DNA from: Alphaproteobacteria bacterium | GTDB taxonomy: Bacteria > Pseudomonadota > Alphaproteobacteria > UBA828 | DNA: 64,000 bases | Direction: 5' to 3' | Assembly (NCBI GenBank): GCA_965221125.1 | Contig: CBDCRW010000006.1 | Coordinates: forward strand, 352,001 to 416,000 | In this document: positions 13,231-22,320 of the stretch, piece by piece | Layout of the letters: each line of letters opens with the position of its first letter | Numbering within the stretch: the first letter of the stretch is position 1 | Notes under the pieces: generated by a model | Databases searched by the model: none | The model's input: the letters and a program-made list of their open reading frames with translations, nothing else | Told to the model about the DNA's origin: nothing | Made by a program: the position numbers and the translations under genes

Positions 13231-13304
13231 GCTATGACCGCAACGGTCGGCGTGCCGCCATCGCAGGCCGGGTCCATCCGGCTTCGTGTGAAAGGGGATA
13301 CTCG

Positions 13305-16300
13305 ATGCTCCCGGCGATTCGCGGCACGATGCGCCTTCTCCGCTCCACGGCTGCCCACGCCGACAGAGTCGTTCGCGTCGGCCGCTTGCCCCGTTGCGGC
13401 CTGCGCCTGCCGTCCGGCGCGATGATGTCCGGCGTTTTCGTGCTGCCGGCGTGCCTGCTGCTCGCGGCCTTCGCGCTCGCGCCCTCTCCCGCCGCGGCGC
13501 AGTCGGAAGGCGAGCTGCGCATCGTCCCGCTGGAGGCGGACGTGCCCGAGAGGGGGCGGCTGGAGATCTTCCACACGCCAACCGGCGGAACGGGCCGGTG
13601 GGGACCCATCTGCGACGATGCCTTCCGCATGGACGAGGCGAAGGTGGCCTGCAAGCAGATGGGCTACCGGGACGCCGAGAACTACATCCTGCGCTACAGC
13701 AAGGACTACGCCCATACCGAGGCGGCGTACTGGCTCGACGACATGGACTGCAACGGCTCGGAATCGAAGTTCACCGAATGCCGGCAGCAGAACACGAGGG
13801 GAGGGGGATACTTTTCGGAGCTGCAATGGGGCCAGCACGACTGCAACCGCCTCGAGCAGGTGGGCCTGCAATGCACGGCCGATACGGCCCTGAACTACAC
13901 CCGGGTCGACAAGCGCGCGCTCACGGTGGTCGAAGGGCTGAGCGCGACCTTCAAGGTCTGGCTGGGCAAGGCGCCGAGCGGCACCGTCACGGTCACGCTG
14001 AGCGGCCATAGCGGGACCGACCTGACCCTGAAGGACAGCGACAGCAACACGATATCGTCGCTCACCTTCACGACGTCGAACTGGAGCGATCCGCAAACAG
14101 TGACGGTGGAGGCGGCAAGCGACACCGACACGACCGACGACACGGGCATCACGATCGGCTTCAGCGCGGCCGGCGGCGGTTACGCCGCCGCGACTGATCA
14201 GCAAGACGTGCGGGTCACGATCAGGGACGATGACGTCAAGGGGTTCGCGATCGCGCCGACGAGCCTGAACTCGTTCGAGACCGAGGAGCTGAACCGGAGG
14301 CAGGTTGGAGGAGTCGCGGCGGGCGACCGCACCGTCAGCAGTACGGTCGGAGACCCGCCGGTGACCAGCTACACGGTGAGGATGAAGGGCCCGCCCTCGG
14401 CAAACGTCACGGTCGCTCTCGCGGTCACCGCCAATACGCCCGGCGGCACCGGGGCGGCCGATGTCTCCTTCGAGCCCTCGACCCTCACCTTCACGACGTC
14501 CGACTGGAGCACGCCACAGACCGTGACGCCGAAGGTGACCAAAGATGACGACACCGTCGCCGAAACGGTCACGATCTCGCACACCGTCACCAGCACCGAC
14601 AGCGGCTACGACGGCATGGACCTCCCGGACGTGACGATGGAGGTGAAGGAGACGGAACCGCCCTACACCTCCGGCCTTTCGGTGTCCAATGCCACTGCGA
14701 ACGAGGACGATGACCCCCCCGAGCTCGATTTCGAGGTGACGTTGTGGCCTGCGTCGACGGAGACGGTGACGGTGAAGTACAAGACCATCGACCGCACGGC
14801 GACGGCGGGCGACGACTACATCCACACCAGCGGAACGCTCACCTTCGAACCGGGCGTGACGGGGCTGAAGGTCCGGGTGACGATTATCGACGACGACGTG
14901 GAGGACGACGGGGAGACGCTGTGGCTCAAACTGACGGACCCCGTTGGTGCGTTCTTTGACGATTCGTGGGGGCTGGGCACGATCGACAACACCGAGACGG
15001 GCGGCGACAACACGGCGCCGACGGGACTGCCGACGATTTCGGGCACGGCACAGGTCGGCGAGACGCTGACGGCGTCGTCCGCGGGGATCGCGGACGCGGA
15101 CGGTCTTACGAACGCGACCTTCGCCTGGCAGTGGATCGCGGACGACGAGGACATCGCGGACGCGACCGACGCGACCTGGACGCTGACCGCCGCCGAGCAG
15201 GGCAAGACGGTCAAGGTGCGGGCGACCTTCACCGACGACGGGGGCACGGAGGAGACGCTGACGAGCGCCGCCACGGAGGCGGTGGCGGCGGCCGTTCAGC
15301 AGCAGGTTGCGAGCGACACCGAAGCGCCGACGGTTACGGTGACGAGCGATGCGACCGGGCCGGTGACGGGCGAGTTCGACGTCACGGTGACGTTCAGCGA
15401 GCCGGTGACGGGTTTCGAGATGTCGGAGCTCTCCATCGTCAACGGCACGGCGTCCGCCATGACCGGCAACGAGGCGGGCGACACGTACACGGTGACCATC
15501 ACGCCCGACGGCGGTGCTTCGGGGACGCTCTCGGTGGAGGTTCCGGCGGGGGTGGCGAGCGATGCGGCGGAGAACGCGAACACAGCCTCGGGCGCATTCG
15601 GCATCGCGGTGCGGACCGCGCTGACGGCGTCGTTCTCGTCGGTCGCGCGAGAGCATGACGGGTCGAGCGTCTTCCTGGTGCCGCTCGACTTCAGCGAGGA
15701 CGTGGAGGGGCTGAGCTACCGGACGTTGAAGTTCGGGGGCATCGAGGTGACCGGCGGGACGGTGAAGAGGGCGAAGCGCCGCCCGCCCGGGTCCGGGCAG
15801 GGCAAGTACTGGACGATCCATGTCAAGCCGAATACGGACGGCGACGTGACGGTCGTGCTGCCGGAGACGACGGACTGCGCCGCGACGGGGGCCGTCTGCA
15901 CTCAGGACGGGCGGATGCTCGCGAACGCGTCGCGCGCGACGATCCCGGGACCGGCGTCCACGCCGCTCGTGTCGATCGCGGCGGCGACGTCGCCGGTGAC
16001 GGAGGGGACGGCGGCGTCGTTCACGCTCAGCCGCAGGGGCGGCCCGGCGACGGCGCTCACGGTGGATGTGAGCGTGAGCGAAGACGGGGCGATGGTGGAC
16101 GGGACGGCGCCGTCGACGGCGACCTTCGCCGCGAACTCGACGACGGCGACGCTCACGGTGGCGACGGCGGACGACGAGGTCGCGGAGTCGGCGAGCGTCG
16201 TCACGGCGACGATTTCGTCCGGGACCGGCTACGAGGCCGATTCGGGCGCGGAGAGCGCGTCTGTGACGGTCGAGGACGACGACGAGGCGCCAGCCAACGC

Positions 16301-19067
16301 CGCGCCGACGGGCCTGCCGACGATTTCGGGCACGGCGACGGTCGGCGAGACGCTGACGGCATCGGAAGCGGGGATCGCGGATGCGGACGGGCTGACCGAT
16401 GCGACCTTCGCCTGGCAGTGGATCGCGAACGATGCGGACATCGCGGACGCGACCGACGCGACCTACACACTGACCTCCACCGAGGAAGGCAAGACGGTCA
16501 AGGTGCGGGTGACGTTCACCGACGACGGCGGCAAGGAGGAGACGCTGGTAAGCGCCGCCACGGCGGAGGTCGCTGCGGAGGTTCCGCAGGTCTCGATCGC
16601 GGCGACCTCCTCGCCGGTGACGGAAGGCACGGCGGCGGCGTTCACGCTGAGCCGCACGGGCGGCACGACGGCGGCGCTGACGGTTACGGTAAGCGTGAGC
16701 GAGGCGGGCACCGTGCTGTCGGGGACGCCGGCTTCCACGGTGACCTTCGTGGCCGGGAATGCCACGGCCACGCTCAGCCTTGCTACCGAGAACGATGCCG
16801 TGGACGAGGCCGACGCCAGGGTGACGGTGACGGTCGCCGCCGGGACCGGCTACACGGTGGACCCGGACGCAGGCACGGCCGGGGTCGACGTCTACGACAA
16901 CGACGCGGCGGCCACGGGCGAGGCGACGGTGACGACGCTCTGGTCCACGACGCTCCAATGGGCGGACTGGAACGGCAACGTGATCGCCAACGCGGCGGAC
17001 TTCACGAACGCGACGTGGTCCGAGGACGGGAGCGACTTCAAGGTCTGGTACTTCGCCTACGATCCGTGGGACGGCACTCTGTGGTTGCGGCTGAACTCGT
17101 CCCAGTCCGGCGGGGACATTCCCCGTGCGGGCGAGCTGACGCTTCACATCGGCGACGAGACGGTGGAGGCGGGCGATGCGCTGTCGGACTTCGCCGCGGG
17201 CAGGATCGGAACCGTCAGCGGGCTCGACCGGGACTGGGAGGAAGGCGACCGGGTATCGGTGCGCCTGACGCGCACGGTTGCGGCGGAGACGACCGTCTCC
17301 CTGCCGGGCCTCTCGGTGGTGGACGCACAGGTGCGCGAGGCTGACGGCGCGGCGCTGCCGTTCGTCGTGACGCTGGGCGACGTGCAGACCTCTGCGGTCT
17401 CGGTGCGCTACGCGACATCGGACGGCACGGCGACGGCGGGCCTGGACTACGAGGCGGTGTCCGGGATGCTGCGTTTCGAGCCGGGCCAGACCTCGAAGAC
17501 GGTGTCGGTTCCGGTGATCAACGACGAGCACGACGACGACGGGGAGACGCTGACGCTGACGCTGTCGCAGCCGTTCGGGGCCACGCTTGCCGACGGCACC
17601 GCGACGGGGACGATCGTGAACACCGACCCGATGCCGCAGGCGTGGATTGCGCGCTTCGGGCGCACGGTGGCGGAACAGGTGCTCGAAGCGGTCGAGAGCC
17701 GGATGCAGGCGCCGCGGACGGCGGGCGTCGAGGTGAGCCTCGGCGGCCGGCAGGTCGGCGGCGCGGCCACGGAGGACGGCGCGCAGACAGTAGCCGGTCG
17801 CAACCCGGCCGAGCTGTACGGCAAGGGAGCCGATCCGGAGCAGCGGCTCGGCCTGGAAGCGCAGACGATGACGCAGCGCGACTTCCTGCTCGGCTCGTCC
17901 TTCTCGCTCACGGGCGGGACGGAGCGTGACGGCGCCTACGCGCTGTGGGGCCGGGGCGCCGTGACGCGGTTCGACGGCCGCGACGGCGCGCTTTCACTGG
18001 ACGGCGAGGTGACCAGCGCCATGCTGGGCGCCGACTGGAGCCAAGATGCACTGATGGCGGGGCTGGTGGTCTCGCACAGCCGGGGCGAGGGCAGCTACGC
18101 CGGAGAGGGCGGCAACGGCGCGGTGCGCTCCTCGCTGACCGGTCTCTATCCCTGGGGCCGCTATGCGCTGAGCGAGCGGGTCTCGGTCTGGGGCGTCGCG
18201 GGCCACGGCGAGGGCACGCTGACGCTCACGCCCGAAGGCGAGGCGCCGATCGACACGGACCTCGACCTCAGGATGGCCGCGGCGGGCCTGCGCGGCGTGC
18301 TGGTGCAGGCGGCGGAGACGGGCGGGCTCGAGCTTGCGGTGAAGTCCGATGCCCTGGGCATGCAGACGAGCACGGCGAAGGCGGACGGCCTTGCGGCGGC
18401 GGATGCCGACGTGACGCGTCTCAGGCTCGGTATCGAGGGCTCGCTACCCTCCCGCTTCGCGGGCGGGGCGAGCCTCGTGCCGAGCGTCGAGATCGGGGTG
18501 CGCCGGGACGGCGGCGATGCCGAGACCGGGTTCGGTGTCGACATCGGCGGCGGTCTGTCCTGGTCGGACTCGCAGCGCGGCCTCTCGGCCGAGTTCCGGG
18601 TCCGCGGCCTGCTGAGCCATCAGGCGGACGGGTTCCGGGAGCGCGGCTTCTCGGGCTCTCTCTCGTGGGATCCGACGCCCGACACGGCGCGCGGCCTCAG
18701 TTTCTCGATGAGCCAGACGGTGGGCGTTCAGGCGGCGGGCGGCATGGACGCCCTGCTCGAAGGCGACACGCTGGCGGGGCTCGCGGCCAATGACGACGGG
18801 CAAGACGAGTTTGCGCGGCGCCGTTTCGAGATGAGTCTCGGCTACGGCTTCGGCGTGTTCGGGGACAGGTTCACGGCGACGCCGGGGGTCGGGCTGGGTT
18901 TGTCGGACGACCATCGGGAGTACCGGCTCGGCTGGGGGCTCGGGCTCGTCCGCGGAGGCTCGCTGTCGATGGACTTCGATCTGTCGGGCTTGCGGCGCGA
19001 GGCGGCAAACGACGAGGGGGCGGCGCCCGAGCACGTGCTGACGCTGCGAGGGCAGGTCCGCTGGTGA
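13305..19067 (+). CDS. Large surface adhesin / autotransporter-like protein: SRCR domain + Ig-like/Calx-beta repeats + C-terminal beta-barrel
   Basis: Signal peptide ending AAAQ; SRCR motifs GRLEIFH, WGPICDD, VACKQMGY, WLDDMDCNGSE, WGQHDC, VGLQC; Calx-beta motifs TATAGDDY..SGTLTFEPG and TATAGLDY..SGMLRFEPG; amphipathic strands ending in terminal W; RBS AAGGGG. Confidence 0.9.
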   Translation: MLPAIRGTMRLLRSTAAHADRVVRVGRLPRCGLRLPSGAMMSGVFVLPACLLLAAFALAPSPAAAQSEGELRIVPLEADVPERGRLEIFHTPTGGTGRWGPICDDAFRMDEAKVACKQMGYRDAENYILRYSKDYAHTEAAYWLDDMDCNGSESKFTECRQQNTRGGGYFSELQWGQHDCNRLEQVGLQCTADTALNYTRVDKRALTVVEGLSATFKVWLGKAPSGTVTVTLSGHSGTDLTLKDSDSNTISSLTFTTSNWSDPQTVTVEAASDTDTTDDTGITIGFSAAGGGYAAATDQQDVRVTIRDDDVKGFAIAPTSLNSFETEELNRRQVGGVAAGDRTVSSTVGDPPVTSYTVRMKGPPSANVTVALAVTANTPGGTGAADVSFEPSTLTFTTSDWSTPQTVTPKVTKDDDTVAETVTISHTVTSTDSGYDGMDLPDVTMEVKETEPPYTSGLSVSNATANEDDDPPELDFEVTLWPASTETVTVKYKTIDRTATAGDDYIHTSGTLTFEPGVTGLKVRVTIIDDDVEDDGETLWLKLTDPVGAFFDDSWGLGTIDNTETGGDNTAPTGLPTISGTAQVGETLTASSAGIADADGLTNATFAWQWIADDEDIADATDATWTLTAAEQGKTVKVRATFTDDGGTEETLTSAATEAVAAAVQQQVASDTEAPTVTVTSDATGPVTGEFDVTVTFSEPVTGFEMSELSIVNGTASAMTGNEAGDTYTVTITPDGGASGTLSVEVPAGVASDAAENANTASGAFGIAVRTALTASFSSVAREHDGSSVFLVPLDFSEDVEGLSYRTLKFGGIEVTGGTVKRAKRRPPGSGQGKYWTIHVKPNTDGDVTVVLPETTDCAATGAVCTQDGRMLANASRATIPGPASTPLVSIAAATSPVTEGTAASFTLSRRGGPATALTVDVSVSEDGAMVDGTAPSTATFAANSTTATLTVATADDEVAESASVVTATISSGTGYEADSGAESASVTVEDDDEAPANAAPTGLPTISGTATVGETLTASEAGIADADGLTDATFAWQWIANDADIADATDATYTLTSTEEGKTVKVRVTFTDDGGKEETLVSAATAEVAAEVPQVSIAATSSPVTEGTAAAFTLSRTGGTTAALTVTVSVSEAGTVLSGTPASTVTFVAGNATATLSLATENDAVDEADARVTVTVAAGTGYTVDPDAGTAGVDVYDNDAAATGEATVTTLWSTTLQWADWNGNVIANAADFTNATWSEDGSDFKVWYFAYDPWDGTLWLRLNSSQSGGDIPRAGELTLHIGDETVEAGDALSDFAAGRIGTVSGLDRDWEEGDRVSVRLTRTVAAETTVSLPGLSVVDAQVREADGAALPFVVTLGDVQTSAVSVRYATSDGTATAGLDYEAVSGMLRFEPGQTSKTVSVPVINDEHDDDGETLTLTLSQPFGATLADGTATGTIVNTDPMPQAWIARFGRTVAEQVLEAVESRMQAPRTAGVEVSLGGRQVGGAATEDGAQTVAGRNPAELYGKGADPEQRLGLEAQTMTQRDFLLGSSFSLTGGTERDGAYALWGRGAVTRFDGRDGALSLDGEVTSAMLGADWSQDALMAGLVVSHSRGEGSYAGEGGNGAVRSSLTGLYPWGRYALSERVSVWGVAGHGEGTLTLTPEGEAPIDTDLDLRMAAAGLRGVLVQAAETGGLELAVKSDALGMQTSTAKADGLAAADADVTRLRLGIEGSLPSRFAGGASLVPSVEIGVRRDGGDAETGFGVDIGGGLSWSDSQRGLSAEFRVRGLLSHQADGFRERGFSGSLSWDPTPDTARGLSFSMSQTVGVQAAGGMDALLEGDTLAGLAANDDGQDEFARRRFEMSLGYGFGVFGDRFTATPGVGLGLSDDHREYRLGWGLGLVRGGSLSMDFDLSGLRREAANDEGAAPEHVLTLRGQVRW
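15009..16571 (+). repeat. Intragenic direct repeat of ~275 bp (15009-15283 and 16296-16571) encoding an APTGLPTISGTA..GETLTAS module
   Basis: Near-identical DNA and protein in both copies (GIADADGLT.ATFAWQWIA.D.DIADATDAT.TLT..E.GKTVKVR.TFTDDGG.EETL.SAAT). Confidence 0.9.
15969..16905 (+). repeat. Second intragenic repeat of ~310 bp (from 15969 and from 16590) encoding a VSIAA..SPVTEGTAA.FTLSR module
   Basis: Two copies of a Calx-beta-like module with clear DNA similarity. Confidence 0.8.
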
Positions 19068-19158
19068 GTGTCGCGCTTCACCGGCAGCGAGCAAGGACCG
19101 CATGGCCGCCGCCGGATGCTGGAGTGGCCTGCAGCGTCGCGGACTGTCGGGACGGCCG

Positions 19159-21507
19159 CTAGATTTCGTCGCGGCGCGGCATGCGGTAGCCGACGCGGCG
19201 TTCGGTGAGGATGTAGGTCGGCTTGCTGGTGTCGTCGCCGAGCTTGCCGCGCAGCCGCTTGACGTAGGCGCGCACGAGCTTGGGATTGGCGTGGCTCCGC
19301 CCGCTCCACACCTGGCGCAGCAGCGCATCGTAGGTCGCGACCCGTCCCTGGCCCAGCGAGAGAACGCGCAGCAGATCGTATTCGGTCGCCGTCAGCTCCA
19401 ACTCGCGGCCCGCGAGCGTGACCCTGCGGTGGGCGTAGTCGATCGCGAGTTCCCCCAGGACGAACGGGTCGGGCTCGGCGCGGCGGCGAAGCGCCGCCCC
19501 GATCCGCGCCGTGAGCTCGGTCGGAGAGAAGGGCTTGACCACATAGTCGTCCGCGCCGGCCTGGAGCGCCCGCGCAATGGTCTCGTCGCGCCCGTAGCCG
19601 GAGATGAAGATGACCGGCAGGTCCGCGAGCCCCGGCACCGTCTCCATCAGCTCGATGCCGTCGGTTCCGGGCAGAACCAGGTCGAGCACGACCAGTACGG
19701 GTTTTTCCGCCTCCAGCAGCTCGGCAAGCTGATGATGGTCGGTGGCGACCAGCGGGGCATAGCCCTCTCCGAGCAGCGCGTCGCGCACGAAGCGCAGCAT
19801 CTGCGGGTCGTCGTCCACCACCAGGATGCGCGGACGCTCCCCGGTTCGACGCGCCGCCGCGCGCACGCCCTGCGCCATGCCGGCTTCGTCGCCCGCCTCC
19901 TCGGCGAGCGGCACCGTGAAGGTCACGCGCGCACCCCGCCCCGGCCCCGCGCTCTCGGCCCGGATGCGCCCGCCATGCGCCTCCACCAGGCCCTTGCAGA
20001 TGGCGAGCCCCAGTCCGCCCCCGACACCGGGCCCGCCGTCGCCGGCGCCGCCGTACTTGCGGAACAGGCGCGCCAGGCGCTCCGGCGACATCCCCCGGCC
20101 CTCGTCCACCACCGAGACCGCGACATGCATGCCGTCGCGCTCCGCGACGATACCGATCGGGGCACTCTCCGGGGAGTGCCGCGCGGCGTTGGCGAGCAGG
20201 TTGTTCAGCACCTGCACCATGCGCCCCCGGTCGGCCATCACGCGGGGAAGATCCGCCGGAAGGTCGATGTGCACCGTTTGCCGGCCGTCGCCGGAGAGGA
20301 ACGCAGTGCGCGCCTGCTCGACAAGCTCCCCCACCTCCGTGGGCTCGGGCGCGACCGAGAGCGTGCCGGTGTCGATCCGCCCCGCGTCGAGCAGGTCGCC
20401 GATCAGCCCGCTCATGCGGTCGGCCTGCTCGTCGATGATACGGAAGAACTGCTGCGTCTCCGCGGGGCCGAAGCTCTGCGGGGTGCCCAGCACCGTCGTG
20501 GTGGAACCCTTGATGGCGGCGAGCGGCGTGCGCAGCTCGTGGCTCACCATCCCCAGGAACTCCGCCCGCATCCGGTCGATCGCCTCGAGCGGGGCGAGAT
20601 CCTGCACGGTGACCATCACCGATTCGACCGTGCCGTCCTCGGCATGGATGGGAGTCGCGTTGACCAGCGCGCTGACGCTGCGCCCGTCGGCGGTCGAGAG
20701 CACGACCTCCTCGGCGCGCAACGTCTCGGCGCTCTTCAGCCGTTGGGCCAGAGAGAGGCGGTCGAGTGCGATCTCGCGCCCGTCGGAGAGGCGGCAGGTG
20801 ACCGCCTCGATCATTTCCTCGATTGCGCGTCCGGGTATGCACAGCACTTCGAAGAAGCGTCGGGCCTCGCGGTTGAACACCACCGGCTGGCCGGTGTGCG
20901 GATCGAGCACCACGACGCCGATCGGCGAGGTCTCGACCAGGGCCTCGAGGTCGGCGCGGGCGCGCCGCTCGGCGCGGTAGGTGCGGGCGTTGACGATGGC
21001 GGCCGCTCCCTGGGCTGCGAACAGCAGCAGTGCCTCCTCGTCCTCGTCGGTGAACTCCAGCCCGCCCTCCTTGTCGGCAAGGTAGAAGTTGCCGACCTGC
21101 ACGCCGAGATGGTGCATCGGCGTGCACATCCCGGTGTCGAACGGCTGCAGGTCCCAGGCAAACCCCAGGGACCGCACGAAGGCGCGGAAATCGGAGAGCC
21201 GGAGCGGTCCCGGCAGGTCGCGGAAGCGCTCGAACAGCTGCAGCCTGTCGGGCCACTCCTCCATCCGGCGGCGCTCGTCCTCCGTCATGCCGGAGGTGAC
21301 GAAGTCCTGGGGCGTTCCCGTCTCGTCGAAGGTGACGATGCATCCCTGGCTCGCCCCGGTGAGCGCGCGGGCGCCGTCGATGACCTCGCGCAGCACGGTC
21401 TCGAGGTCGAGGCTCGCGCTGATGCGCAGCAGCGCCTTGCTCAGGGTCGACCGGCGCGACTCGTCGGGCGTCGGGTTCTCGGAGGGCGTGTCGGGCGGTG
21501 CGGTCAT
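19159..21507 (-). CDS. Cytoplasmic hybrid regulator: GAF-PAS-HisKA-HATPase-receiver-OmpR winged helix
   Basis: GAF (FTDEDEEALLLFAAQGAAAI), PAS (LVETSPIGVVV..FNREA), H-box SHELRTPL, NLLANA, GLGLAICKGLVEAHGG, receiver LVVDDD/VLDLVLPG/KPF, wHTH LTATEYDLL..YVKRLRGKL..ILTERRVGYRM; no transmembrane helices. Confidence 0.92.
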   Translation of the reverse strand: MTAPPDTPSENPTPDESRRSTLSKALLRISASLDLETVLREVIDGARALTGASQGCIVTFDETGTPQDFVTSGMTEDERRRMEEWPDRLQLFERFRDLPGPLRLSDFRAFVRSLGFAWDLQPFDTGMCTPMHHLGVQVGNFYLADKEGGLEFTDEDEEALLLFAAQGAAAIVNARTYRAERRARADLEALVETSPIGVVVLDPHTGQPVVFNREARRFFEVLCIPGRAIEEMIEAVTCRLSDGREIALDRLSLAQRLKSAETLRAEEVVLSTADGRSVSALVNATPIHAEDGTVESVMVTVQDLAPLEAIDRMRAEFLGMVSHELRTPLAAIKGSTTTVLGTPQSFGPAETQQFFRIIDEQADRMSGLIGDLLDAGRIDTGTLSVAPEPTEVGELVEQARTAFLSGDGRQTVHIDLPADLPRVMADRGRMVQVLNNLLANAARHSPESAPIGIVAERDGMHVAVSVVDEGRGMSPERLARLFRKYGGAGDGGPGVGGGLGLAICKGLVEAHGGRIRAESAGPGRGARVTFTVPLAEEAGDEAGMAQGVRAAARRTGERPRILVVDDDPQMLRFVRDALLGEGYAPLVATDHHQLAELLEAEKPVLVVLDLVLPGTDGIELMETVPGLADLPVIFISGYGRDETIARALQAGADDYVVKPFSPTELTARIGAALRRRAEPDPFVLGELAIDYAHRRVTLAGRELELTATEYDLLRVLSLGQGRVATYDALLRQVWSGRSHANPKLVRAYVKRLRGKLGDDTSKPTYILTERRVGYRMPRRDEI

Positions 21508-21835
21508 CGGCTGGTCCCTGGCTCTTGATCTGGCGCCCTGCGCGGCTAGCGTGGGGATGGAGGTAAGCGAAGAAAATCGCGAAATATTCGCCTAATAGTC
21601 GTTATTGTGAACGCAACATTCTCATGCACATGAGCGTACTCGCAAGGCATAGATCGTCGACCGCAGCTGTCGGCCGGTATCGGCGGCCATGTCGATCGCG
21701 CACAAGGACGCACAAGGACGACGTGGTGTCCGAGCCCTTCCCGCAGGGCTGGGCGATGCCGTACTTCATGGACCGCATCTAGCGGCAGCGACGCGAACAG
21801 GGGAGACCGGCCGGCGAGGCCGAGACGGCCGCAGA

Positions 21836-22297
21836 TCAGCTCTTGAGAGCGACCACCGCTTCGATCTCGACCGGTATCTGGTTCGGCAGCGAGCCCATGC
21901 CGACCGCCGAGCGCGCGCACCGGCCCGGCTCCCCGAAGATCTCGATCATCAGGTTCGAGAACCCGTCCATGACCCTGGGGTGATGGCGAAAGTCCGGCTC
22001 GGCGTTCACCATGCCGAGGACCTTGACGAAGCGCTCCACCCGGTCGAGGTCGCCGATCGCCGCCTGGAGGCTCGACAGCACGTTTATCCCGACCTGGCGT
22101 GCCGCCTCGACCGCCTCCTCGACGCTCACGTCGGTCGGGACCTTGCCGCTCGGATAGCTGCCGTCCTCGCGGCGCGGCCCGTGGCCTGCCACGAACACGA
22201 GGTTGCCGGCGACGACCGCGCCGACATAGGCGCCCAAGGGCGGAAGCGGCGGCGGCAAGGCGATGCCGAGCGTCGCCAGCCGTGCGTCGATGCTCAT
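21836..22297 (-). CDS. RidA/YjgF family protein
   Basis: LVFVAGHGP, VKVLGMVN, ARSAVGMGSLP, PVEIEAV. Confidence 0.92.
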   Translation of the reverse strand: MSIDARLATLGIALPPPLPPLGAYVGAVVAGNLVFVAGHGPRREDGSYPSGKVPTDVSVEEAVEAARQVGINVLSSLQAAIGDLDRVERFVKVLGMVNAEPDFRHHPRVMDGFSNLMIEIFGEPGRCARSAVGMGSLPNQIPVEIEAVVALKS

Positions 22298-22320
22298 GTC
22301 GCTTGCTCCTCGGTTCCGGG

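Noticed and set aside
11322-17531. 2069-aa minus-strand ORF suggesting a giant Rieske fusion
   Set aside because: Only the last 458 aa (from ATG 12698) are protein-like. The rest is the Arg-rich antisense shadow of the adhesin gene plus intergenic DNA.
13900-17625. Repeats in the adhesin as a CRISPR array or DGR template/variable pair
   Set aside because: They are in-frame protein domain repeats with no regular spacers, no cas or reverse transcriptase gene, and no obvious adenine-specific mismatch pattern.
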